64,000 nucleotides of DNA from a candidate division FCPU426 bacterium (GTDB taxonomy: Bacteria > Oederibacteriota > Muellerivitia > Muellerivitales > Muellerivitaceae), in assembly GCA_963796105.1 (NCBI GenBank), contig CAWCKJ010000012.1, positions 96,001 to 160,000 of the forward strand. The letters are read 5' to 3'. The notes under the pieces are model-generated. The model was not told where the DNA came from. It was given only the letters and a program-made list of their open reading frames with translations, and ran no database searches. The position numbers were made by a program, and so were the translations under genes. Of this stretch, positions 1 through 7,664 are shown one piece after another (positions within the stretch are counted from its first letter, which is position 1; the number at the start of each line of letters is the position of its first letter).

Positions 1-759
1 CGTTTTTCCTTGAAAGCTCACCAATTGGCCCGCCAAATTCCAGGAAGGAACATCATTCTGAGCGACATCGCAATGGGCTGATTGGTGGCCGTTACCAGTG
101 ATATGGCACTGTCCCCAATCGTTGGACCCTGGCATCTCAAAACCCGGGTTCATGATCCAGTTGTCTCCCTTGATCTCCAGGGGAGCTTTGAGATCCGGAT
201 GGGTGGGTTTCCCCGCCGTGAGGGGTTTAAGGTCGTAATCGTAAACCAGGCACTGTATTCCGCTGTACCAGGCCTTGCCAGTGCAATGGTCCAGAACCAA
301 GCCTATGCGGGCGTAGGACGCCCCTTGAGGAACCGAGTATTGGTTGGAATAAAAGTCCCAATCGTGAGTGCCCTTGAGCCTGGCGATGTCAGCGGGCCAA
401 TCCCCGGCTCGAATTCCTTTTTCATCATAGAAAGTCACGGTAATGCGGGCCATTTCCCAATCATGCATGCCCGCCACAGAAACACCCTCAGTCTTCATCC
501 AACCCGAGACCTCAATAGCTGGGGGAAGCGGCTGTGGCAGTTTGACATCTTGTTCAAGGGCATTCCAAGTGAGTTCAGTGCTTTCCAGGGAAGCAGCAGT
601 TTTCCCTTCCCTGCCAGCCTGAGTGACCGGGGCAGGTTTCCACCCTTCTTGGGCCTTGAAATCGCCGTTCACAATCCAATTAATGCTGGGTGAAGCCGTC
701 AAGGGGCTTCCCATAACCAGGAAAAGCAATAACCATGCTGTGGTCCTATACCTTTTCAT
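1..759 (-). CDS. Secreted protein with tandem carbohydrate-binding-like (CBM4/9, galactose-binding fold) domains; runs off the left edge
   Basis: Not in the ORF track; translated by hand from ATG 759 (GGAG RBS upstream), open to position 1: signal peptide MKRYRTTAWLLLFLVMGSPLTA, then NWIVNGDF...VSGWMKTEGV...LKGTHDW and a second NWIMNPGFE repeat. Confidence 0.75.
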   Translation of the reverse strand, partial: MKRYRTTAWLLLFLVMGSPLTASPSINWIVNGDFKAQEGWKPAPVTQAGREGKTAASLESTELTWNALEQDVKLPQPLPPAIEVSGWMKTEGVSVAGMHDWEMARITVTFYDEKGIRAGDWPADIARLKGTHDWDFYSNQYSVPQGASYARIGLVLDHCTGKAWYSGIQCLVYDYDLKPLTAGKPTHPDLKAPLEIKGDNWIMNPGFEMPGSNDWGQCHITGNGHQSAHCDVAQNDVPSWNLAGQLVSFQGKT

Positions 760-898
760 GATTTCTCCATTGGGATTGGATAAATTTGATCGTTTTTAAT
801 TATTAGACAACTAAGTACCACAGAAGTGTCAAATGCTTCCATGATTTTTTTATATTTTTATTACGGATTCACTGGGAACAATGCGAAATGAACTTACC

Positions 899-936
899 AA
901 AAAAAAAGGCGGTTCGCTCCCGCGAACCGCCTTTTT
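899..936 (-). terminator. Intrinsic terminator of the Thr-rich lipoprotein gene (potentially bidirectional)
   Basis: AAAAAGGCGGTTCGC-TCCC-GCGAACCGCCTTTTT perfect stem with A/T tracts on both sides, just past the stop at 954. Confidence 0.9.
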
Positions 937-953
937 GAAAATATTTAGATTTT

Positions 954-2357
954 TTAATAAAGCTGCATACTGTCAAGATAGAAAGTATCAGTTTGAAAAT
1001 TATCCGGGCCATTCGTCGCAACCCAAACACCAATTTGTTGAACTTGAGTAGGATCCCCTTTGCTAAATGTCGGTTGGAAATTGAGTTGATACCAATGATT
1101 AGTGGTGTCTGTCAGATTCGTATCAGCCCCATCTTCATAGGCCCAAACAGCACCACTCCAGATGGCCACTTTACCATACGGCCAATTATACGACCCACTG
1201 TCTTGCGATTGGATAAGTGGATTAGTGTAAATAGTGGCAATAATCCCTGTTAAATTGAGGGTTGTCCAATTCTGGGGCGAGCTAAATGGATATTGCATAT
1301 AACAATTTTGTCCGGTTGCGCTCCATGCGCAGTTGACACCCAAAGATCCTGTCGAAGAAGTAAGCCCAGAATCAATGCCACTTTCCCAGGTTAGCGGTGA
1401 AATTGTCACGGAAGCGTCATTTGGAACAACAACCCAACCAGTCAATGACGAAGAAGACGTCATGTAGAGGGAATTGGCCGTGGATACCGTTGGGGTGGAC
1501 GTAAGAGTTGGGGTGGACGTAAGAGTTGGTGTTGGAGTGAATACGGCGGTGGAAGTCAACCAAACGCTATCCACATAAAATGTGACAGGGACGGAGGTGC
1601 CGCTTCCCTCATAAAATAAATGGATGCCGAAATCCGTCACCTGGGTGGCAGCACCCGCTCCTTGCCCGAACGCCGGTGTATAAGAAAGAGTCACCCATTG
1701 ATCCGCAGTAAGACCTGTAGTTTGCCAACCGCTGTCTTCCCACGTCTCAGCAACTAAGGCTTGATCATATAGCTGGTAAGCGTAGTTCCCGCTTGTGCCC
1801 AAGGGAGATGCCACATAAATTCTGTAATTGATTTGCATATTCGTAAGATTCATGTAGCAAGGACTATCATATTCAAAGAAAAAGTTCTGCGTATTCGACA
1901 CGACACCCGAGACTTGCAAACTCTGCGTATTTCCGGTAAAGGTAGGAACGGCGACAAACGCGGTACTTGCAGAAATATTGCTCTTCACGACGCTCCAACC
2001 CTGAAGGCCATTTCCCGAGTTAAATATATAAGTCATCGTGGGTGCGACATAGCAGGGCGTGTTTGTCGAGGTGACAGTAGGCGTGTTCGTCAACGTATTA
2101 GTGAGCGTCGGCGTGTTAGTATTCGTTGGCGTCGGGGAATACGTTACAGTACTCGTTAGTGTGTTCGTCAAAGTTACCGTACTCGTTAATGTCGGTGATT
2201 TAGTCGGCGTTTGCGTTGGTGTTTTGGTTACTGTAGGAGTTGGTGTAGCGGTAGCAGCCGCCGGAGTGGATGGATTTGATTTGGAACCGCATCCTTGGCC
2301 GATGACCCAAGTCGCCATCAGAAGAACCAATGGCATGATCAATAACAAATTTTTCAT
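954..2357 (-). CDS. Putative lipoprotein with Thr/Pro-rich linkers and two CBM-like beta-sandwich domains; native start separated by an IS
   Basis: Hydrophobic leader ending GQG-C, long TPT/TNT linker, two Trp/Tyr-rich domains ending TFYVDSVWL and TFYLDSMQLY. Current ATG (2355-2357) lies in the IS end; native ATG is at 3359. Confidence 0.8.
   Translation of the reverse strand: MKNLLLIMPLVLLMATWVIGQGCGSKSNPSTPAAATATPTPTVTKTPTQTPTKSPTLTSTVTLTNTLTSTVTYSPTPTNTNTPTLTNTLTNTPTVTSTNTPCYVAPTMTYIFNSGNGLQGWSVVKSNISASTAFVAVPTFTGNTQSLQVSGVVSNTQNFFFEYDSPCYMNLTNMQINYRIYVASPLGTSGNYAYQLYDQALVAETWEDSGWQTTGLTADQWVTLSYTPAFGQGAGAATQVTDFGIHLFYEGSGTSVPVTFYVDSVWLTSTAVFTPTPTLTSTPTLTSTPTVSTANSLYMTSSSSLTGWVVVPNDASVTISPLTWESGIDSGLTSSTGSLGVNCAWSATGQNCYMQYPFSSPQNWTTLNLTGIIATIYTNPLIQSQDSGSYNWPYGKVAIWSGAVWAYEDGADTNLTDTTNHWYQLNFQPTFSKGDPTQVQQIGVWVATNGPDNFQTDTFYLDSMQLY
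1489..1529. repeat. 18-bp coding tandem repeat (about 2.3 copies) encoding the TPTLTS linker
   Basis: GTTGGGGTGGACGTAAGA x2 followed by GTTGG. Confidence 0.9.
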
Positions 2358-3342
2358 GCCTATCCGAACAACGCTTGCGCAGTAATGGGTTTTGCCAAAG
2401 CGCAAGCGGTTAAGGCCCGGTGAAATAAGGAATCTGGGTCATGGCGACGATTGAACCGATAAGTATATTCGCTCAAGTATCCAGGCAGATATTTCACGTT
2501 GACTCCATGATGGGTTCCTAGGATCCAAGCCTTGGCGTTGGAAATGAATCGGTGGACCCAAGGTAACCAGTGATTTAACACCACTGGGTCATTGGCTGTT
2601 ACCTGGTACTCCACATCCACGTTTTCCAAGTTTCTCAAGCTGGGACTGGCATCCGTGTTTATCATGGCGCCTTTCTGGATTGCTTGATCGACGAATGCTT
2701 GGGCTTCCCACTTGGTTTCTGCGGTCACCTTTATCTTTGCAAAACCCGCTTTCTCTTTTTTGCGCCCTTTCTCATCTATCCATTCTTTGCTTTCAACCGC
2801 CACCAGCACTTCAGCCTGGTTTTCCTTTTCTCTCTTGCCGAATACAGCCCCATCCAACTCAATGATTTCCTTGAGTTGGTAATTTTCATCCCTTTGTCGA
2901 AGACTTTCCCGAATCTTATGCAACATCCTCCAAACGGTATCGTAGGAGGGCATTCCCAATTGCCGCTGAAGTTCCAGGGCTGAAATGCCCCTTTTCCCTT
3001 GCATCACCAATCCAATCATCCTCAACCAGGTTAAGATTGGGATCTTGGATTTCCGGAAGATCGTTCCGGCTCGAAGCCGTATTTGCTTTCGACAATAGTC
3101 ACATTCCCGCACTTCGGGGCGGTTTTTGTGTTGCCAGAAACTTTCTCCTTCACATTGTGGGCAAACAAAGTCTTTTCCGGCAAAACGGCTCTTCCACACC
3201 CATTGACGTGCCTTTTCTTCTGTATCGATTTCCTTGAAAATCTCAATCCCCTTCATCCGTTGGTAGTTCATAATTTGCCCCTCCAACAATGAGTATACTC
3301 CTGTATTCCTTTATTTCAACAGGTACCGTTTGGAGAGGCATT
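2355..3342 (-). mobile_element. Complete IS1595-family insertion sequence (988 bp)
   Basis: Imperfect TIRs CATGCCTATCCGAAC / AATGCCTCTCCAAAC; 8-bp target duplication AAATTTTT at 2347-2354 and 3343-3350; single transposase ORF. Confidence 0.93.
2360..3271 (-). CDS. IS1595-family transposase (ISSod11-like D-D-H motif)
   Basis: Zn ribbon CPQC/CDYC, HTH (ISALELQRQLG), IELDG, INTD, WVHRFISNAK, YLSEYTYRFNRR. ATG 3271 follows GGAGGGG; stop lies inside the TIR. Confidence 0.92.
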   Translation of the reverse strand: MNYQRMKGIEIFKEIDTEEKARQWVWKSRFAGKDFVCPQCEGESFWQHKNRPEVRECDYCRKQIRLRAGTIFRKSKIPILTWLRMIGLVMQGKRGISALELQRQLGMPSYDTVWRMLHKIRESLRQRDENYQLKEIIELDGAVFGKREKENQAEVLVAVESKEWIDEKGRKKEKAGFAKIKVTAETKWEAQAFVDQAIQKGAMINTDASPSLRNLENVDVEYQVTANDPVVLNHWLPWVHRFISNAKAWILGTHHGVNVKYLPGYLSEYTYRFNRRHDPDSLFHRALTACALAKPITAQALFG

Positions 3343-3764
3343 AAATTTTTCGTCTTCATGTATCCTCCAAATTATTTTTAAATTTTTCGGCAAACTTTCA
3401 ATTTTGCCAGGGACATAGAGTAATTAGAAGAAATGAAAATGTCTATCCTAAAGCGTTTAAGGGAATGTAAAATCGATTACCTTTGAAATTGATTTTAAAA
3501 AATTGCTTTTTAAAAGTAAAAAAAAGCTAAAAAATTTGGCCTTTGCCGAAAATCCACTTCTTTCAACAAAGCGTTTTCAAACCAGCTGAAAAATCGTTTT
3601 TCCCTTTAAAACGATGCAATAAATCAAGAAGTTCCCAAAATTTTTTGGTTTTTGGACAATTTTCATGGCAATAATGGGCAAATCTTGTAATATGTCGCCT
3701 TCCCAAAGACGATTATTCAGGGATGCAATTAAATTTTAATTATTAGTAGAAAGGTAGTTGCGGC

Positions 3765-3965
3765 ATGGCACAAGGTACAGTCAAGTGGTTCAAGAATGAG
3801 AAAGGTTTTGGCTTCATTTCCCAAGACGGAGGCGAGGACGTGTTCGTCCACTTCTCCTCTATCCAAACGGATGGATTTAAATCCCTCAACGAAGGAGACC
3901 GTGTGGAGTTTGAGGTTACCCAAGGGCAGAAGGGGCTGAAGGCCGAAAACGTTCGCAAGATCTAA
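3765..3965 (+). CDS. cspA: Cold-shock protein
   Basis: GTVKWF, RNP1 KGFGFI, RNP2 VFVHF; 66 aa. Confidence 0.97.
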   Translation: MAQGTVKWFKNEKGFGFISQDGGEDVFVHFSSIQTDGFKSLNEGDRVEFEVTQGQKGLKAENVRKI

Positions 3966-3976
3966 TCTTGCGGCTC

Positions 3977-4014
3977 AAAAAAAAGCCTCCGGGTTCCCTC
4001 CCGGGGGCTTTTTT
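3977..4014. terminator. Bidirectional intrinsic terminator between convergent genes
   Basis: AAAAAAAAGCCTCCGGG-TTCCCT-CCCGGGGGCTTTTTT. Confidence 0.88.
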
Positions 4015-4031
4015 GTTTTAAAGCGATTCTT

Positions 4032-4718
4032 TTACCAATTCGAACATTTGGCTTGGGTTCTGCGGTAGTTCTCCATGGTGTCGATTTGATTATTGTTTCT
4101 CATGACCTCGTCTTTGAACCTTTTATAGATTGGGTCCACTATCCCCTTGATCCTGGCCGCTAGGATATTCTTAGCCTGATTGAGGGATGAAAACGAAAGA
4201 GGATTTGCCTTTGTCGGCAGTGACATAGCCCCCTTGATGGCCGTTTCCATTTTTTCCCTATATTTTTTCAGCGTGGCTAAATTGATGCTCACATGCTGGT
4301 TTTCATGGTCACGAATGACTTGATAGGGGCAACTTCCCTCTCCATATTGGCTAGAGATGAATACATCCATCCGAGTGTAGGAAAAATCCACGTCCAATGA
4401 CTCCAGCCAAACGCAAACCCGCTTTCTGTCGCTTCGTCCCATTCCGCTGATCCGAAAATCAGTTTTCAATTCATGCTCGGCGAGGGTAAGACCGGGTTCG
4501 TGCATATTCCTCATGTGAAGTTTCTGGTGGCGCAAAGCCTCAATCTGTCTCGTGCTGTGATCATGGTAATAGGTGGGCTCAATGGGCCTGCTGATGATAT
4601 GGAACACTGAAGAACTGTCGAAAGTCGGATCTGGATTGCATTGTGCATAAACATTTAATCCATTAAGAAAAAACAGGATACCAATCACAACAAAAAATTC
4701 ACTTCTAGTCTTTCTCAT
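4032..4718 (-). CDS. Exported hypothetical protein with HExxH motif (DUF922-like putative Zn protease)
   Basis: Start reassigned to ATG 4718 (ATGA overlap with upstream stop); signal peptide; CPYQVIRDHENQH motif. Confidence 0.65.
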   Translation of the reverse strand: MRKTRSEFFVVIGILFFLNGLNVYAQCNPDPTFDSSSVFHIISRPIEPTYYHDHSTRQIEALRHQKLHMRNMHEPGLTLAEHELKTDFRISGMGRSDRKRVCVWLESLDVDFSYTRMDVFISSQYGEGSCPYQVIRDHENQHVSINLATLKKYREKMETAIKGAMSLPTKANPLSFSSLNQAKNILAARIKGIVDPIYKRFKDEVMRNNNQIDTMENYRRTQAKCSNW

Positions 4719-5374
4719 TTCAATTCCTTTTGAAGATCTCTCGTTTTTATGCTTCCGGTTAAAATATCCGCTCCTAAGGCATAGGGGTCCAAAACCCTCT
4801 CCCCTTTTCCCAGAACCGATGCCAGAAAGGCAAACCGCCCTAACAATGGGTCGTATTGGAATTTCCAGGCCCATTTGAAGCTTCGGCAGGCCGTTTCTCC
4901 AAGGTAAGTCCCCAAAACACCCAACCTTATCAAGGCATCTTCCCGATTCCCTATCTCGTCCAAAAGTATTGGAATTTGACTTGAAAGCCTGGGAAGTGAA
5001 TCCTCTTTGAAGTCGGGATTGATCTCCTTTAAATCCTCATCGGCGTTCCGAACCAACCGGGAAATGGTCCTTTCAGCGTTGGCTAAATCATTCTCCAGCG
5101 GTTGATTCGCCGCTTTTCGGCCCGAAATGATTTCTTTAATAAGCAGTAACGCTTTTTTCCTCTTTTGGAAGAGAAAATACCAACGGCGGAAAGCCACCAT
5201 TCCGAAAAGAACGCTCCCAAACACGGCGCTTCCGATGACTCCCGTCAAGGGGACCATAGGGAAGAATTGATTTGGAAAAAGGATCCTTAACAAACCACTC
5301 GCTAACAACAGAACTGAAAGAACCAAAAAAAGCAAGAATTGGGGGATATCCCTTTTCAAATCAAAACCTTTCAC
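4715..5374 (-). CDS. Hypothetical membrane protein (two N-terminal TM helices)
   Basis: 219-aa ORF with two hydrophobic segments, coupled to the downstream gene. Confidence 0.65.
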   Translation of the reverse strand: MKGFDLKRDIPQFLLFLVLSVLLLASGLLRILFPNQFFPMVPLTGVIGSAVFGSVLFGMVAFRRWYFLFQKRKKALLLIKEIISGRKAANQPLENDLANAERTISRLVRNADEDLKEINPDFKEDSLPRLSSQIPILLDEIGNREDALIRLGVLGTYLGETACRSFKWAWKFQYDPLLGRFAFLASVLGKGERVLDPYALGADILTGSIKTRDLQKELK

Positions 5375-5532
5375 AAAAGGTTTCTAAAAACTACTGTTTT
5401 TATGAAACTTTAAATTGCTTTATCCCGCCACATAATGGGACTTTTAATTCCTTTGATTATGAGGCATTTCCTTGCTGCGCCTCTGTGCGCTGCCGCAGGC
5501 AGCCTGTGGTGTAAGCCTTTTTGTTAGAAGAT

Positions 5533-6090
5533 TTAATACTCAATGCCCTCTTTCGAGGGTAATTTTTTATCAAAATAATGCTTCACTTTTCGCATTTCCG
5601 TCACTAAATCCGCCTTTTTAATAAGGCCTGGCCATACTTGGTGACCGGTAATTACCATCTCGCAACGGCGTTTACGGTCGTAAAGCTTTACCAGTTCCAT
5701 CACGTCTTTTTGGGTCAATAGTTTGCACATCACCGCCGCCAATAACTCGTCCAGAATCAAAAGATCCTGTTTCCCTGACCGGATCAATTCCATGGATTTT
5801 GCCAAGGCCGCTTGGGCTTCCTTGAAGTCCTCCGATTCGTTCCGGAACCGGAATGCATTTGGGCCAAGCACTCTCTCCCTGCCGAATGAATAGAGGGCCA
5901 TTTGGGATAGGGTGCGAAGGACCTTTCTCTCGGAATAATGTTCCCTTCCTCTTCGATGCCCCTTATCAAACTGGATCAAGACGGCTTTTTTCCCCGCACC
6001 CAACATCCGAATGGCCAAGCCGATGGCGGTAGTGGTTTTTCCTTTGCCATAACCATAGTAAACATGCAATCGATGCCGCTGAATTCCCAT
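5533..6090 (-). CDS. cobO: Cob(I)yrinic acid a,c-diamide adenosyltransferase (CobO/BtuR)
   Basis: VYYGYGKGKTTTAIGLA, IQFDKG, LILDE, ADLVTEM...KHYF...GIEY; AAGGAG RBS before ATG 6090. Confidence 0.92.
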   Translation of the reverse strand: MGIQRHRLHVYYGYGKGKTTTAIGLAIRMLGAGKKAVLIQFDKGHRRGREHYSERKVLRTLSQMALYSFGRERVLGPNAFRFRNESEDFKEAQAALAKSMELIRSGKQDLLILDELLAAVMCKLLTQKDVMELVKLYDRKRRCEMVITGHQVWPGLIKKADLVTEMRKVKHYFDKKLPSKEGIEY

Positions 6091-6224
6091 GCTTAAAATC
6101 TCCTTAGCCAAGACAGTTTCAAGGATTAATTATTTAATTTCAACCACATAGGAAGAATGTTGGAAGGTAAAATCATTGGAAAGCCAGGGATAAAACGGTT
6201 TTAATCCATTTAGAATTACGCGGC

Positions 6225-6911
6225 TTATTCAGCCGTCAATTGCTTGAACGCCTTTGAATCCCTGACCCTTTTAAAATTCTCATCTTTTTGAACGTCTTTT
6301 TTGTACTTGGGAGAGAGAACAATGGCTTTCCTGAGCCATTGGAGCGCTTCTTTTTCCTTGCCCAGTTCGGCATAGCAACTGGCGCTATTGTAGAGCGCGC
6401 TTGAGTCTTTTGGGTCGATTTTGGACTCTTTCTGAAAGGCCGGAATGGCGTTTACAAAATCTTTCTTGCCCGCATAACAGCGTCCCAGGAAGAATTGGAG
6501 CATAGGGTCTGCGTCGTACTTGGTCCTGGCTTTTAAAAGCCAGGGAAGGGATAAATCGTATTGTTGGTGCCTGACGTAGTATTCCCCCAATAGGAAATAA
6601 AGGTTCACGAAATTGGGCGCGTTCAAAGACCTGCCTGCTTGCGCTTTTTCGAACTCGTTGTGGTATTTCGCGAAAGCCAACATGAAGGGGACTGCCTCGT
6701 TCGCTTTTCCTTCTTCCATTCGTATCAGGGTAAGGAAATAAAGGGAATCCAGGGATTTAGGATTAGTCTTCAACCTTGTCTGGCATATCAATTCCAACCG
6801 GTTATATTGCTTATCTTGAAAAAGCTTGACCATAGGAATAAACGGGTCGTCTGCCCGAACCCCAGGCACAACAAGAACAAATAGCATTAAAAACAGTAAA
6901 TATTTCCTCAT
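6225..6911 (-). CDS. Exported tetratricopeptide-repeat protein
   Basis: GGAGG RBS before ATG 6911; signal peptide; TPR patterns; C-terminal YNSASCYAELGKEKEALQWLRKAI. Confidence 0.82.
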   Translation of the reverse strand: MRKYLLFLMLFVLVVPGVRADDPFIPMVKLFQDKQYNRLELICQTRLKTNPKSLDSLYFLTLIRMEEGKANEAVPFMLAFAKYHNEFEKAQAGRSLNAPNFVNLYFLLGEYYVRHQQYDLSLPWLLKARTKYDADPMLQFFLGRCYAGKKDFVNAIPAFQKESKIDPKDSSALYNSASCYAELGKEKEALQWLRKAIVLSPKYKKDVQKDENFKRVRDSKAFKQLTAE

Positions 6912-7107
6912 AAAATCCGCCTCCGAAAGAGCTATAGAACTTAGCTTACCCAACATTAAATCAACCCCTGGTACCATAGTTAATTTAATACGAAATGGGC
7001 ACAAGTCGGAAATTAAAAAAACCGGCAATGGACATAAAAACAGATAAATCACAATAAATAATAGTTAAGGGAATTCCCAGAAGATTTTTTTGGGGAGTTA
7101 GCGGGAG

Positions 7108-7467
7108 TTACTTTTCGAGAGCAGACTGGTTAAGCGAGATATTGTGAATGACTTTTTGAATGGACCGGTCAGGCATCATGAATCGCACCCCGCAATGTGC
7201 TTTTTTGGTCCATATGATTTTTCCGTAAACTTCAACACTGCTGTCTTTCTCTGACTCGAAACTTAACTTGAGAATCGAGTTAACGTCGAAAGATTTATTA
7301 GTTTCCAGCTTTAATCCCCCTTCGCTGATATTATTGCTTTGGGCTGGAATGACCTTGTCTTGAACTTCGTAAATATTGCCGGATTTGGAAGGAAGGACTG
7401 GATAAACTTGAATGGGTTTTTGAAATTGATAACGGTCATAATGGCGTTTTTCTTGAAGATTTTCCAT
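7108..7467 (-). CDS. Stand-alone PilZ-domain protein (putative c-di-GMP receptor)
   Basis: RxxxR (KRHYDR) and (D/N)xSxxG (NISEGG), C-terminal GVRF; AAGGAG RBS before ATG 7467. Confidence 0.85.
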   Translation of the reverse strand: MENLQEKRHYDRYQFQKPIQVYPVLPSKSGNIYEVQDKVIPAQSNNISEGGLKLETNKSFDVNSILKLSFESEKDSSVEVYGKIIWTKKAHCGVRFMMPDRSIQKVIHNISLNQSALEK

Positions 7468-7664
7468 TAAGCCCAACTCCTTGAAACCGCTCTCACCAAT
7501 ATAAGCTTATACGACACAAAGAATTATACAGTTAAACGAAAAACATTTTTCTTGAAAAATGATTTTATTGAAGATTTGGCGAAAAACGTTTTTAGGTTTT
7601 GGAACAAGAGTTTTCTTCATTCCTAAAACCAATAATGGATTTTCGAGAACAAAATGATTTTGGG

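Noticed and set aside
82..693. 203-aa plus-strand ORF
   Set aside because: Antisense shadow of the minus-strand gene 1-759, which has an RBS, signal peptide and domain motifs.
1489..2260. Repetitive DNA as a possible CRISPR array
   Set aside because: Codon-phased Thr/Pro linker repeats with no spacers, and no cas genes in the window.
2358..2405. N-terminal extension MRFGKTHYCASVVRIG of the 483-aa ORF
   Set aside because: Lies inside the IS and overlaps the transposase end; not part of the native gene.
3243..3359. Possible fusion of the native lipoprotein start to the transposase
   Set aside because: The native ATG is out of frame with the transposase and stops after about 38 codons.
6091..6224. 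Cobalamin riboswitch upstream of cobO
   Set aside because: Spacer is short and AT-rich, with no recognisable B12-box.
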